From: an uncultured delta proteobacterium
GTDB taxonomy: Bacteria; Myxococcota; Myxococcia; Myxococcales; Anaeromyxobacteraceae
Length of the DNA: 64,000 nt
Direction: 5' to 3'
NCBI GenBank assembly: GCA_963754915.1
Contig: CAVWHZ010000018.1
Location: forward strand, 279,827 to 343,826
In this document: positions 41,653 through 52,246 of the stretch, in pieces
Numbering within the stretch: the first letter of the stretch is position 1
Layout: the number at the start of each line of letters is the position of its first letter
Translations under genes and position numbers: made by a program
Notes under the pieces: model-generated
Told to the model about the DNA's origin: nothing
What the model saw: the letters and a program-made list of their open reading frames with translations, nothing else
Databases searched by the model: none

Positions 41653-42537
41653 ATGATACTGCCTAGCGTGACTAGACTTTCATTGGTAGCTAGCCTTGGC
41701 TGCCTCCTTAGCCTTTGCGCGACTCGCGCGGCAGAGAGCGAAGCGCCAGAAGCTACCGTTCAGTCGGCCGATGATCAGGCTGCGGCCGAGTTGAAGGAGC
41801 ACCATCGACATCACCATCAAGGGGGCGTCACGCAGTTCATCGCGATGAGCCTCGACACTCTTGGCGCAACTGACAGCAAGCTTCCAAAGATCGAGAAGAT
41901 CCAAACAGACCTCCACGCCTGCATGGCGCCCGCTGCGAGAATTGAGAAGACGCTTCATGTGACTATGGCCGACGGTATTGCCGCCGGGAATATCGATGGG
42001 GCAAAGGTCAACGCGACCATCGCGCAGCTAAGCGCCGCCGCAGGACCGGTGCATGACTGTAGCGCCGCAGCGTTGAATGAGCTGCACGCGATTCTTTCGT
42101 CAACGGAGCGATGGGAACTCGTCGAGAAGGTTCAGGCGCACTGGGAAATCTGGCGCCAGGTCGATCACGAAGCGGAGGCGAGTGGTCGCGAATCGGGTGG
42201 CTGGCTTGCGGAACTCACCAAGGAGTTGAGCCTTACGCAAGGACAAGTCGACAAGATCTCGGCGGCACTTCATAAGGCGTTCGCCACGCTCGGCAAGTTC
42301 GACCGCAAGAAGGTTGACGCCAACGTCCAAGCGTTTGCCGCTGCCTTCGTCCGTGAATCGTTCGATGCAAAATCAATCACTGCGGATGCGACCAGCCGCC
42401 TTGCTGCCCAGGGCGCGAAGCGGATGGCCATCTTCTACGAGACTGTGACTCCTCTATTGAACTCAGAGCAGCGCGCGACGCTGGCTGAGCACCTTCGGCA
42501 GCACGCAAACCACCAACCCGTTGTTTCCGCCAGGTGA
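41653..42537 (+). CDS. Periplasmic LTXXQ-motif protein (Spy/CpxP/ZraP-like), lower GC
   Basis: Signal MILPSVTRLSLVASLGCLLSLCATRAAES; His-rich segment EHHRHHHQG; LTXXQ-like motifs ELSLTQGQVDKISAAL and LLNSEQRATLAEHL. Confidence 0.45.
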   Translation: MILPSVTRLSLVASLGCLLSLCATRAAESEAPEATVQSADDQAAAELKEHHRHHHQGGVTQFIAMSLDTLGATDSKLPKIEKIQTDLHACMAPAARIEKTLHVTMADGIAAGNIDGAKVNATIAQLSAAAGPVHDCSAAALNELHAILSSTERWELVEKVQAHWEIWRQVDHEAEASGRESGGWLAELTKELSLTQGQVDKISAALHKAFATLGKFDRKKVDANVQAFAAAFVRESFDAKSITADATSRLAAQGAKRMAIFYETVTPLLNSEQRATLAEHLRQHANHQPVVSAR

Positions 42538-42545
42538 GGCTCCCT

Positions 42546-42902
42546 ATGACTCGAACTCTCGTGACGATATTTAAAGGCTTTCTGTGGGTGAGCGTAGTCA
42601 CAGCCTCTTTGGCGTCCAGCACCGCCTTGGCGCAGATACAAGTCGAGATCTTCCCTCCCGCCGCGTTCATCGCGACAAGTGCCCCCGTCTACTTCGAGGG
42701 CCACGCAACATATTGGTGGGGAAACCAATGGTACTACCGAGACGGACGCAACTGGCGTGCCTATCGTGAGGAGCCCGCCTATCTCCACGAGTACCGCGGA
42801 CACCACGTGGCTACCAGGCAGCATTACGAGTCACATGGAGGCAACTCCCATCAGCAAGGGAATCAGCATGCGAACGGGAGCCATAGTTCGGAGCACCACT
42901 AG
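42546..42902 (+). CDS. Small secreted aromatic/His-rich protein
   Basis: Signal MTRTLVTIFKGFLWVSVVTASLASSTALA; YFEGHATYWWGNQWYYRDGRNWRAY; C-terminus His/Gln/Asn-rich. Resembles the start of the 63208 gene. Confidence 0.4.
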   Translation: MTRTLVTIFKGFLWVSVVTASLASSTALAQIQVEIFPPAAFIATSAPVYFEGHATYWWGNQWYYRDGRNWRAYREEPAYLHEYRGHHVATRQHYESHGGNSHQQGNQHANGSHSSEHH

Positions 42903-43465
42903 CAGCTTCTTGAGTTAGATGTCCCTCGGCCCTGGTGGCTACCCTCTCGGGTAGCGGCCGGGGCCGAGCTGTCCTTGGGGTCGCGGTCGGGGTCCTGACC
43001 TGGGTAGTCAGGTTGACTCCGGCATTGACTCATTTCGATCAGATCAGGTTGCAGTGCGGTGGCTGCCGAGGTGGACGGCGAGTTGGCTGTGTCCGGGCCC
43101 CCCTCAGGGAACCTTCCGGAGCGATGACGCTCCTCCTCCCAGCTAGAGCTCTTGCGAAGCGCTTCCCAGGCGAGGCTGGTGGGGTAGCTGGGGTGCATCG
43201 TGGCTTGCGCGCCGGTGGCGGAGCATTGCGCGATTGGATGTTCTGGCGACGTTTCGAGTGGCGCCTTCTCCGTGGCGGCGATCGAGTCGGTTCGTAAGCG
43301 TTGTCGGCACTGACCGTGGCGCCATCTCAGTCGGGAGGCACTTGTCTCACCATGCGGGTGCAACGCCGAATTCCCCGGGAGGTCCGCAGAGGGCGGTCCC
43401 GTAGCGTCCCTGGCCGGACCTTCAGCGAGGCCCGCGCCTCGCTTCAGGCGCGCGAGGGTTCCACG

Positions 43466-43786
43466 CTACTTCTTCACCAATAGGTCGTTCTTCACAGTGG
43501 AGACCCCGTGGACGTGCGAAGCCACCTTTCCGGCCAACCGCACGCTCTCAGCAGAGTCGACGAAGCCGCTGAGTTGGACGACGCCCTTATCGGTGCTGAC
43601 GCTGATTTGGAAGGACTTTAGTGACGATTGTTCGAGCAGCGCTGCCTTCACCTTCGTTGTGACGACGGAGTCGTCGATGTACGCGCCGGTGGTCTCGGCG
43701 TACGTCGAGACCGGATACCCAAAGAAGGACACCCCCGACAGAGTGAGGCCGGCGGCACTGATCAAGGTCAACGTAAGCTTGGTCAT
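43466..43786 (-). CDS. BON-domain periplasmic protein (OsmY-like), lower GC
   Basis: Signal MTKLTLTLISAAGLTLSGVSFFG; BON-like core DDSVVTTKVKAALLEQSSLKSFQISVSTDKGVVQLSGFVDSAESVRLAGKVASHVHGVSTVKNDLLV. Confidence 0.65.
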   Translation of the reverse strand: MTKLTLTLISAAGLTLSGVSFFGYPVSTYAETTGAYIDDSVVTTKVKAALLEQSSLKSFQISVSTDKGVVQLSGFVDSAESVRLAGKVASHVHGVSTVKNDLLVKK

Positions 43787-44068
43787 TGCAATGCTCCCTT
43801 TTCACACCTGCTCTTGTTTGAACGACGTAGCAAACAGCTTCCAGCATCGTCCTCACCGCCCTCGCGTGGCCAGGGTCGGGTCCCGCCGATGACGCCATCT
43901 AGTCGTCGGCGAGGATCTCCGAATACCGTCGCGCTCTACCGAAGTTGCGGCTGGTCGACCATTCGTCCTACTTGCTCCATAGTGTCTGCATGCGCTGTGC
44001 CCCTTGATCGGTGGTTCGTGCAGCGCGCGGTATCTTGGCTGGCGAGTAGCTGGACGAAGCCATTGGCT

Positions 44069-44095
44069 GTTCGCGAACGTTCTCGAACGCTCGCG
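44069..44095. promoter_or_regulatory. Site 2 of the recurring motif: GTTCGCGAACGTTCTCGAACGCTCGCG
   Basis: Intergenic between the BON gene and the VOC gene. Confidence 0.5.
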
Positions 44096-44642
44096 CTGGC
44101 CTTGGACCGACCGTCCCCTGGAGGGCGGCTGCCTCGGCGACCGGGAGTCACGGCAGGTGCTTGGGCTCCAGGCGTTTACGCTGCGTGGTTGAAGCCGGCT
44201 CGGGGTGGATGCACCCGCACAGGCCGCCGTTCGAAGTCCCAATGGCTTCCTGCCCTTGGGCCCCGAAAGCTGGCTCGCCCCGTGTCAACGGTTTCGTAGA
44301 GCTTCCGCTCGCGGCCCAGATGAGCCGTGGCTGAGCATTTGGTTCATTCATAGGACCCGCGCGCGAGGTGCGGACGTAAGCGAGCACGGGTCCGCCATCG
44401 TGAAGGGCATGGCAGATGCTTAACAGCAACTTGTCACTTCCAGGGAAGGCCGCCACCTCATCAAATGATCTCACCCATGGCGGTCAAGGGGGGCGGCCGG
44501 GGTTCCATCCCAGTCGAGGACTCGCATGAGCCACCCCGTCGCCCCCAATAGCGAACTCACAACAGAGCGTCCCCACCCGCCTCTGGGCGGATGCGTACAG
44601 GAATGGAGAACTTCCCATCGTGAGAGAAGGAAAGGAGATCCA

Positions 44643-45545
44643 ATGAAGAGATTCCACAGCCCCCTCGTTGCAGCCGCCCTCCTTGTCGGTGCTGGATGCG
44701 CGACGGTTGAGGGGCCACCGCTTGTGTTTCCAGCAGTCGTTGATCCGCCAAGCCCAGAACGTCACATCGGCAAGGTGATATTTGTTGAACTGGTAACGCC
44801 GGACCTCGCCTCCGCGAAGCAGTTCTATGGCGGACTATTTGGGTGGTCGTTCCGGGATATTCAAGCCGGCGCGAGAACGTATGCCGAGGCATCTCTCGGT
44901 GGCCATCCCGTCGCAGGCTTGTTTCACAAGGCCGTACCGTCGGGCGAACATAGGCAGCCAGCGTGGCTGACCTTCATCTCCGCCCGGGATGTCGACGTGG
45001 CCACAAAGACCGCCCTGGAACATGGGGCCAAGGTCCTGTTCGAGCCGCACAGCATCCCAGACCGTGGCCGGGAAGCGGTCTTGGCCGATCCGCAAGGAGC
45101 CGTCTTCGCGGTCCTTGTCTCCAGCAGTGGCGATTCGGCCGACGTCCTGGCCGCACCCGGGGAATGGATTTGGAGCTCGCTCATCACAACCGATCCGAAG
45201 ATCGATGCTGCCTTCTACCAAGCTCTATTCTCCTATGAGATCTTCGATGCGCCCACTGATGCGAGTACGCAGCATCTCATGCTCGCGTCCGACAGCTATG
45301 CTCGCGCGAGCGTGAACACGCTGCCCGCTACCGGGCCCGATTTCCATCCTTACTGGCTCAATTACATACGCGTGCAAGATGCGGTCAGCGTGGTCGCCAA
45401 GGCGGTGGCCCTGGGCGGACGGGTGCTGGTCGAGCCGCGCGTTGATCGCCATGGCGGCAGGGTTGCCGTTCTCGCCGACCCCATGGGCGCACCCTTCGGA
45501 TTGCTTGAATGGCAGGACAGCCAGACCAAGGAGGTGACCAAGTGA
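44643..45545 (+). CDS. VOC-family (glyoxalase/bleomycin-resistance fold) lipoprotein with two VOC domains
   Basis: RBS AAGGAGAT; lipobox LLVGAGCA; two repeats of the VOC pattern (IGKVIFVELVTPDLASAKQFYGGLFGW... and ...SLITTDPKIDAAFYQALFSYEI...). Confidence 0.65.
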   Translation: MKRFHSPLVAAALLVGAGCATVEGPPLVFPAVVDPPSPERHIGKVIFVELVTPDLASAKQFYGGLFGWSFRDIQAGARTYAEASLGGHPVAGLFHKAVPSGEHRQPAWLTFISARDVDVATKTALEHGAKVLFEPHSIPDRGREAVLADPQGAVFAVLVSSSGDSADVLAAPGEWIWSSLITTDPKIDAAFYQALFSYEIFDAPTDASTQHLMLASDSYARASVNTLPATGPDFHPYWLNYIRVQDAVSVVAKAVALGGRVLVEPRVDRHGGRVAVLADPMGAPFGLLEWQDSQTKEVTK

Positions 45546-45883
45546 AGGCCTTACTCGGGTCAGCATTCACCCTAGTGGTTGGGGTAATCACGGTCATGTC
45601 GTCCGGCTGCGCTGTAACCGGCGGCGGGTACGGGCACGAATATGAGGCGGGTTACTATCAATCGTACGGTACTGATTACGGAGGCTGGGGCCCTGGCTAT
45701 AACGTGGGACCGGTGCGCGACGGCGATCATGGGCGAGATCGCGGCGGCGGAGGCCGGCCGCCTCAGCACGGGGGCAACGAACCCGCGCAGCATGCCAAGA
45801 CGCCGGTGCCGGCATCCCGCCCCGTACCGTCTATTCCGTCGGGTTCCCGTTCCGAAGGTGGGTCACGACCGCACGAGCACTAG
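45542..45883 (+). CDS. Small Gly/Tyr-rich lipoprotein
   Basis: GTG start overlaps the upstream stop (GTGA); lipobox VMSSGCAV; GGGYGHEYEAGYYQSYGTDYGGWGPGYN. Confidence 0.35.
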   Translation: MKALLGSAFTLVVGVITVMSSGCAVTGGGYGHEYEAGYYQSYGTDYGGWGPGYNVGPVRDGDHGRDRGGGGRPPQHGGNEPAQHAKTPVPASRPVPSIPSGSRSEGGSRPHEH

Positions 45884-45941
45884 CTGTGTCAGTTAGGCAA
45901 ACGCCATTCAAATGGAAAGTGGAGCAATTGGCCCAATTCCC

Positions 45942-47009
45942 TCAGGGCTTCGCGGATGTCCAGGCCGGATCGTTGGCGAGTTGCTCAGCGAGCCAAGCGC
46001 GAAGGTCCGTACCAGCAGAACTGAAGGCGGCCGGGGTCGGAAGCATCGTGTGGGTGGTCCCGGCGACGACGAAGTACCTGGCGTTGGGAATCGGGTCAAT
46101 GACTCCCTCGAGGCGGCCGATGGCGGCTTCGAACGCCGAGCCATCGACGTACCCGAGAAAGGAGCGGATCACCAAGTCTTGCGCAGATGAGAGAAGCGCG
46201 AGTCGATCGTGCGGGTAACGGCCCGCCAGGACCGGAAAAAGCTTCGAGAGATCGGTCAGGCACTCTGGACAGATAGGAGTGACAGCCCGATCGATCCGCC
46301 ACGCGGCGATCCAGACAGCGAGAAGGGCGGGAGAGATGTCGCTGCCCACGAGAGGCGGACCGGAGTCGTCCACCAAGAGAGCGTCGGCGGCCGGGAAGGT
46401 ATGGCGGAACGAGTCATAATTCAGCAGCGCACCATACCCGCCGGCTGAGGAGCCGGAAACGACGATCGGGTTCGGCACCGGGAAAGCGGCCGAGATCCAC
46501 GGCAGGACGGCCTCGACGTTGACCAGCCCGACGTGATGCCAACGTTGAGTTCCGCCCGAGGCGTCGGGATAGTCGACTACGTTGTTTCCTCCGTGGACGT
46601 CCCCGGTACAGTACGGGATGAAGACGAAACTCATCGAGCGGTACGGATTCAGGGGATCGCTGCGGTCAAGGATCGAGCCGGGCGCCTTCGCTGAGATGAG
46701 TGCCTCGAAGTCAGAGCGGCCGAACGATCCGGACCCGGCGGCATGGGCGACGAAGCAGCTCACGTAGTCGAAGCAGGCACCGCCGCCGGTCAAGAATACG
46801 AGCAACCCTGGACCATCTCCTGGATCAATGCCTATTCCGGTCTGTGAGCCATCGCCGCAGGAGGTTCCGGGGACGTCGACCCAGGTCCAGGTGTTCTGAA
46901 CGAGCGGCGGTAATGACACAAGCGAAGAGCCCGGTGGGCTAGCGCCGCCGCAGGCGGCGAGGAAGACCACTAACAGGGCGCGCGAGCGCGATGCACTGGT
47001 GAAGCTCAT
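45942..47009 (-). CDS. Pectin-acetylesterase/Notum-like esterase lipoprotein
   Basis: Lipobox VVFLAACGG; LLVFLTGGGACFDYVSC...; FIPYCTGDVHGGN; VVSGSSAGGYGALLNYDSF (GxSxG). Confidence 0.5.
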   Translation of the reverse strand: MSFTSASRSRALLVVFLAACGGASPPGSSLVSLPPLVQNTWTWVDVPGTSCGDGSQTGIGIDPGDGPGLLVFLTGGGACFDYVSCFVAHAAGSGSFGRSDFEALISAKAPGSILDRSDPLNPYRSMSFVFIPYCTGDVHGGNNVVDYPDASGGTQRWHHVGLVNVEAVLPWISAAFPVPNPIVVSGSSAGGYGALLNYDSFRHTFPAADALLVDDSGPPLVGSDISPALLAVWIAAWRIDRAVTPICPECLTDLSKLFPVLAGRYPHDRLALLSSAQDLVIRSFLGYVDGSAFEAAIGRLEGVIDPIPNARYFVVAGTTHTMLPTPAAFSSAGTDLRAWLAEQLANDPAWTSAKP

Positions 47010-47105
47010 GCATGCTCACTTACCGGTTGTGGGTCCGCTGCGCCTCTGCATTTTCGTGCCGCGGAGGGCCGTATGTCTCCGACCGCGCGTTCGGTTGCGC
47101 GCATG

Positions 47106-48194
47106 TCAGCGGCTTGGGGTCGAGATTCTCGGCGGCTCAGGAAGGTCACCCAGCATTTCCTCAAATATCTCCAATCGGCACGCGAGCGGCGCATGACCTG
47201 GAGCGAGCGCTTTCCTCAATGGGAATCCGCACGAAATGGCGAACTCGCGCTGGGCGTCGCCAAGCGCTGGATCTGTATCGGACAGGAAAATGGCGTAGGC
47301 CTTCCGTTGGGCCACTTGGCAGAGCCAGGCGCTTGGCGCATCCGAGCGAATGTCGGTGAGGGCCTCCGGGTGGGACGCCGTCCGGCCCATGACGTCGTGA
47401 AACGTAGGGGGTGGATCCTCGTGATAACGTTCGGTGAGAATCCGCCTGAAGTACCCTTGAACCGAGTCGACGGCGAACGAGTGCCAGAAACTGTCCAGGT
47501 TGGAGGTTGCCAGCCGGACGTCGAGCACTGGGTCCAGCACCGCCGCGCGGGTCCACATGCCGCGCTGGAGTGCATCGCGATTCGCAAGCAACGCTTCCAT
47601 CCCGCCGAGCGAGATTCCTACGAATGCGAGGCGGGCCGGAGGGCCAATCCGGCACGCGGCCGCGATCTGGCCAGCCGCGTCGATGGCGCGGCGTGCCTCC
47701 CGAAGCGGATCGAAGTAGATCGGACGCGCCGTCTCGTCCCGGACCGGTGCGAAGGTGGCGAAGCCTCTCTTTGCCCCGACCTCGGCGAAGCGTTCGTTGA
47801 TCCATCCGGCAGGCGGCATCCCAAGGCCCGAGAAGGCGACAACCAGTCCCGTTGCCCCTCGAAGAGGGAACAAGTACCCATAGAGGTGCCCAAGCGCTGT
47901 GCTAACGCGGATGAGTTGCGCCGTCCGTCCCTGACCTCTGATGCCCGCAGGTTCTTGCTGGCACGCTTCCTCCACTGAGATCGCGCCATCGACACCCTCG
48001 GGTTCGCTCACGACCCGCGTCGCATCGGGCCCGAGGGTCACGAGCGAGCAAAGCGCTCCGTCCAGGCCGGCGCCCGCATGGAACAACGGTTCGCCGGAGC
48101 GCGGGGACGCGGGCACGACGGATGGCCACAACCATGAGCACCCGGAGCTTGAGACCGTCAGGACCGCTAGCAGGAGCCAAACGTGCAAGCGCAT
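47106..48194 (-). CDS. Alpha/beta-hydrolase-fold lipoprotein
   Basis: Lipobox LTVSSSGCS; nucleophile elbow FVGISLGGMEAL. Confidence 0.5.
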   Translation of the reverse strand: MRLHVWLLLAVLTVSSSGCSWLWPSVVPASPRSGEPLFHAGAGLDGALCSLVTLGPDATRVVSEPEGVDGAISVEEACQQEPAGIRGQGRTAQLIRVSTALGHLYGYLFPLRGATGLVVAFSGLGMPPAGWINERFAEVGAKRGFATFAPVRDETARPIYFDPLREARRAIDAAGQIAAACRIGPPARLAFVGISLGGMEALLANRDALQRGMWTRAAVLDPVLDVRLATSNLDSFWHSFAVDSVQGYFRRILTERYHEDPPPTFHDVMGRTASHPEALTDIRSDAPSAWLCQVAQRKAYAIFLSDTDPALGDAQREFAISCGFPLRKALAPGHAPLACRLEIFEEMLGDLPEPPRISTPSR

Positions 48195-48673
48195 CGAGGA
48201 TCTCCGTCAGCGCGCCCCGCCGCGGGACGTGGCCAGACAGTGACAGACCAACCGAGCTAGGTAAAGAAGCCACCTCCGCAGGGGTGTCGCGCCAACGCCA
48301 CGTGGCAGGGGAGCGGACCAGACACTCCCAGAACGTGGCAGCGCGACCACCGCGAGATTCGCCGAGATTGCTAAGGCTTCATCCTCGGCAAAGGTTGAAA
48401 GGTACCCACTACCGTCCAGTCTTACGCTCGACGCGCTCAGTCTTCAGCCGGAGCCTGTTGGGGGTCAGTTGCACTTCGCAATTCGCCAACTATCGAGGCA
48501 TATTGGCGCGCTGTGACTCATTGAGAATCCAATCAACCCCCATGCCATTCGGTTTCAGCTCCCGAATGCCATGGCGGCCTGAGGTGGGACGGCACAAATA
48601 GAGAAGGCGGTGCAGCGCAGGACGATCAGGCGCCCGCAGCGCACCAACGTCATATAGCCGAAAGGAAATCTCC

Positions 48674-49276
48674 ATGAGGAAGATTATGACTACGTTTGTC
48701 GCCGTCGCATTCGCGGCGTCCGTGGGCCCGGCGTTCGCCGACGACGCAGCGGCCGTCCAGGCAGACAAGGCCGGGCAGGACGCAAAGGAAGCTGGTGTGA
48801 AGGCCCAGAAGGACGACGCGGTAAAGGACGCAACGAGGGCCATCACAGCCCTCAACAAGGCCGACCCTAGCCTATCGAAGCTGTTCGGGGACGCGGCCGG
48901 GTACGCGGTCTTCGCTCAGATCGGGAAGGGTGCCGTCGGCATCGGTGGCGCGCACGGGACGGGTGTCCTGTTCGAAAAGGGCAACGCCACCGGAACGACT
49001 ACGCTCTCTCAGCTCACCGTGGGCGCGCAGATCGGCGGGCAGGTCTATTCCGAGGTCATCTTCTTCGACACGAAGGAGGCGTTGGCGAACTTCAGAAAGG
49101 GCGAATTCGTCATGGCCGCCCAGGTAAGTGCGGTGGCCGTGAAGGCAGGAGCGTCCAAGAATGCCAAGTACGAGCAGGGAGTGGCAGTCTTCACCCTAAG
49201 CAATGGCGGGCTCATGGCGGAGGCCAGCATCGGCGGCCAAAAGTTCAGCTTTGAACCGTTCGCGAAGGCGACTTAA
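48674..49276 (+). CDS. SYLF/Ysc84-like (DUF500) periplasmic protein, paralog of 62478-63026
   Basis: Signal MRKIMTTFVAVAFAASVGPAFA; ...GYAVFAQIGKGAVGIGGAHGTGVLFEKGNATGTTTLSQLTVGAQIGGQVYSEVIFFDTKEALANFRKGEF... is near-identical in pattern to the 62478 gene. Confidence 0.5.
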   Translation: MRKIMTTFVAVAFAASVGPAFADDAAAVQADKAGQDAKEAGVKAQKDDAVKDATRAITALNKADPSLSKLFGDAAGYAVFAQIGKGAVGIGGAHGTGVLFEKGNATGTTTLSQLTVGAQIGGQVYSEVIFFDTKEALANFRKGEFVMAAQVSAVAVKAGASKNAKYEQGVAVFTLSNGGLMAEASIGGQKFSFEPFAKAT

Positions 49277-49673
49277 TAGCGCCAAGGGCATTTGTGGCCC
49301 GGGGCCTCGTGGCTCCGGGTCTCTTCATGAGCGATCGCCCTACGCCATATCAGGCTCGACCGACGTGGACAGGGTCTGGGTCCGGCGGACTTCCGAGCCA
49401 GGGGTGGGAGAGGGCGAACCGAGGGAGCCATGCAAGATCGGGTGGCGGCGTGTGCGCGGCAGCCCGGGCGGGAGACCGCGGAGCGCGGCGCCCGTCGATG
49501 GGGCGTCGGCGGGCAAGGGGTGAGGCGTGGAAGGCCGGGCGCGTCTCGGGAGCTCCAAGATGAGCGTCTGGCTATCGGTCGCTCCGCTGGACTCCGGAAG
49601 TGCTCGAATTGTGGCAGCAGCGGGATGACGGACGCTGTAGCGGCATCCGCCGCGCGGCGCCACGAGGTTCCCC

Positions 49674-50006
49674 ATGCCTGCTCCCACTCATATCGCCCGC
49701 CGCAGTTCGCGCCGCCGTGTGCGGTTGCGCGTGACAACGAGCCGGGGCAGTTCGTTCACGATCAACGTGAGCGCCGTAGGGCTCTGTGCCGAGCTGATGC
49801 GAGTCCTTCCGATGGGCACACTTGTTGAGGGGCTCATCCACCTTGACAGTCGCGACGTCTCATACGTGGGCCGCGTATCTTGGCGGGCTGGCGATTCGCG
49901 GCTGAACCAACTGGGCCGTATGGGCGTGTGCTTCCCGCCGGTAGATTCGCAATGTGAGCATCGACTCGCCGCACCCGAGGTTCCATCGATGCCGGCGGGG
50001 ATGTAG
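49674..50006 (+). CDS. PilZ-domain protein, putative c-di-GMP receptor, 110 aa
   Basis: RxxxR motif RRSSRRRVRL and (D/N)xSxxG motif TINVSAVGL. Confidence 0.55.
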   Translation: MPAPTHIARRSSRRRVRLRVTTSRGSSFTINVSAVGLCAELMRVLPMGTLVEGLIHLDSRDVSYVGRVSWRAGDSRLNQLGRMGVCFPPVDSQCEHRLAAPEVPSMPAGM

Positions 50007-50077
50007 CCAACGTGGCCGGGGCGGCATCGGTACCCCAGCGTGGCTCTCAGACCTTCGCGCCCGCCACGGGGTGGACC

Positions 50078-51151
50078 CTAGGGCTCGGCTCCAGGGCTCG
50101 ACGGGACGGAGATCTCTCCGATGGCCGATTCTGGCCCGAGCAATACGGCAATCCATCGGGTGTTGCGGTTGTTTTCACACGCGAACTTCAGCGTCATCGT
50201 GAAGGGCACGCAGAGGATCACGCCGATGAGGCCAAGCAGGCTTCCCCAAAATATCAACGAAAGGAAGACGACAAGCGTGGATAGCCCGAGCCGGCGCCCC
50301 ATGAGCTTTGGCTCGAGCACGTTTCCAAGTATGAGACTGACGGCAGCGTATCCGGTGGCGACGAGTACGGCGTGGCCGATTCCAAGCTGAAGAAGCGTCA
50401 ACATGACGGCAGGGATCGCGGCGATGAAGGAACCGACGTTGGGCACGTAGTGGAGCAGAAAAGCCAGAAAGCCCCAGAGAACAGGAAAATCTACGCCAAG
50501 GACATAGAGCCACGTCCCGACCAACGTACCTGCCGCTAGACTGACCCCCGTCTTGATGATCATGTAGCGTTGGATGTCATCAACGAACTTCGTGACCTGA
50601 GGAAACGCTTGCCTGGGATCACCAAGGACGGCGCGGAGCTTCACAGGGAAGCTCGAGGCTTCGAGCAGGATGAAGGTCACGGTGAGGAGGACCAGGACAA
50701 TGTTCGAAAGGGCGGAGCCGAGACCCCCGAGCATGCCGACGCCGAGCCTCATCACCGAGCCAGGGTTGGTATACTGAAAAAGCATGCTGTCGGTGATCCG
50801 GATGCCCCTCCTGCCGAGCAGTGTCTGAAGCGCCGACACCTCCTGCCGCATGCGTTGCTGGTACGAGGGCAGGGCATCCAGGAACCCGTTGAGAGACGTG
50901 CCGACGAGCCCGGCCAAGATGAGCAGAACGCCGACCATGCCGGTGACGACAAGCAGGACCGAGACAAATGAAGGGATGTGCTTCCGCTGGAGCCAGAGCA
51001 CGGGCGGCGTCCCCAGCATGGCGAGGAACACCGCGACCAGGGAAGACACCAGGACGGCTTGCGCCTGATTAATGCCTTCGACGACGATCACGAGGGCAGC
51101 CGCGACGATGAGGAGGCGCGTTCCTGGTCGGGGATTGCCTTGTTCGGTCAT
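50078..51151 (-). CDS. AI-2E family transporter (UPF0118/PerM-like) membrane protein
   Basis: Eight predicted TM helices; conserved C-terminal region LSTLVVFLSLIFWGSLLGLIGVILCVPFTMTLKFACE. Confidence 0.75.
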   Translation of the reverse strand: MTEQGNPRPGTRLLIVAAALVIVVEGINQAQAVLVSSLVAVFLAMLGTPPVLWLQRKHIPSFVSVLLVVTGMVGVLLILAGLVGTSLNGFLDALPSYQQRMRQEVSALQTLLGRRGIRITDSMLFQYTNPGSVMRLGVGMLGGLGSALSNIVLVLLTVTFILLEASSFPVKLRAVLGDPRQAFPQVTKFVDDIQRYMIIKTGVSLAAGTLVGTWLYVLGVDFPVLWGFLAFLLHYVPNVGSFIAAIPAVMLTLLQLGIGHAVLVATGYAAVSLILGNVLEPKLMGRRLGLSTLVVFLSLIFWGSLLGLIGVILCVPFTMTLKFACENNRNTRWIAVLLGPESAIGEISVPSSPGAEP

Positions 51152-51197
51152 GGCCCAGTGGTCCCTTCGCTGCTATCTTGAATCGTCCAGTCATCCA

Positions 51198-52082
51198 CTA
51201 CCAGGCGATGGCGACCCCGCCGGGTGCCGAGACCAAGTCACCTGCCCGCGGCGGCCCGTTGCGCCTGGGCCTGTGGAACAGGTACGGCACGGCCCAACCC
51301 ACTAGGCTGCCGACAGCGGCGCCGACCAGCACGTCGGTGAAGTAGTGCTGGTCCGCGGCCATTCTCAGGTACGCGGTGAAGGCTGCGACTGCGAGGCCTG
51401 CGCCTAGCAGGTACGGCGCGCCTGGAACGCCCTGCATAAGGAACAGGGTGCCACCGGACACGACCACCGCGAAGACGAAGGTCGCGTGGCCGCCGAAGAA
51501 GGACAGGTTCGCGTCGGACGGAGGCGAGTAAAGCCCAGGGTTCCCCTGCCATACGTACGGACGTGCTCGCCCAACTGCGTACTTGACGATCACGTTAGCA
51601 AACATCGCCATGCTCGAGGCCTCGGAAATGAGGAGGACGTCTGCCCATCCGGCGGTGGGGTCGCCCAGGCGATAGGCCTGGAGCAGGCCAAAGCCAATGA
51701 CGCCGACGGGCACCACGACCTGCATTGCGTCGGAGATGGTGCTCGCAGTCTTGGGGTTCGCCCACACGACCGATTTCGACAGGTTCCCGTCTAGGGCGTC
51801 CGGGACGCACCACTTGCATTTCAGCGGCGCGAGGTCGTTCTTGAGCAACAGCAACGTGATCGTGGTCGCCGTGAAAGCGCCCGTCACGACCCCGTCGGTA
51901 GTCCAATCGTATGCCAGGGGCGCCAGCTTAACGTCCGATGGCGCCCGCGCCGGCTCGCCGGCCTCGGGATCAGAGGCACCGGCAATCGGCCCGAGGAGGA
52001 ACAGGCCGAGGAAGAATGCAGGTAGACGTGCGAAGGGGATGGCCTGATCCCGCTCGCGCTTGCGGCCTGTCAGGGCCGTCAC
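51198..52082 (-). CDS. PAP2-superfamily lipid phosphatase membrane protein
   Basis: Motifs KYAVGRARP (KxxxxxxRP), SFFGGHAT (PSGH-like), AADQHYFTDVLVG (SRxxxxxHxxxD-like). Confidence 0.65.
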   Translation of the reverse strand: MTALTGRKRERDQAIPFARLPAFFLGLFLLGPIAGASDPEAGEPARAPSDVKLAPLAYDWTTDGVVTGAFTATTITLLLLKNDLAPLKCKWCVPDALDGNLSKSVVWANPKTASTISDAMQVVVPVGVIGFGLLQAYRLGDPTAGWADVLLISEASSMAMFANVIVKYAVGRARPYVWQGNPGLYSPPSDANLSFFGGHATFVFAVVVSGGTLFLMQGVPGAPYLLGAGLAVAAFTAYLRMAADQHYFTDVLVGAAVGSLVGWAVPYLFHRPRRNGPPRAGDLVSAPGGVAIAW

Positions 52083-52246
52083 CTGCGCCGACCTCGCGAT
52101 TCACACCGCTTGCGTGACTGAAGGGGGGCGAGCGTAACGCTCACTAGCATGGCCGAGAGGACCACCAGCTCACTCCACCAACTCTCCATCGACATATCAG
52201 CTCCGTCGACCGTTGTGCCAATCCATCGCGACCGCTGCTTCGCTCG

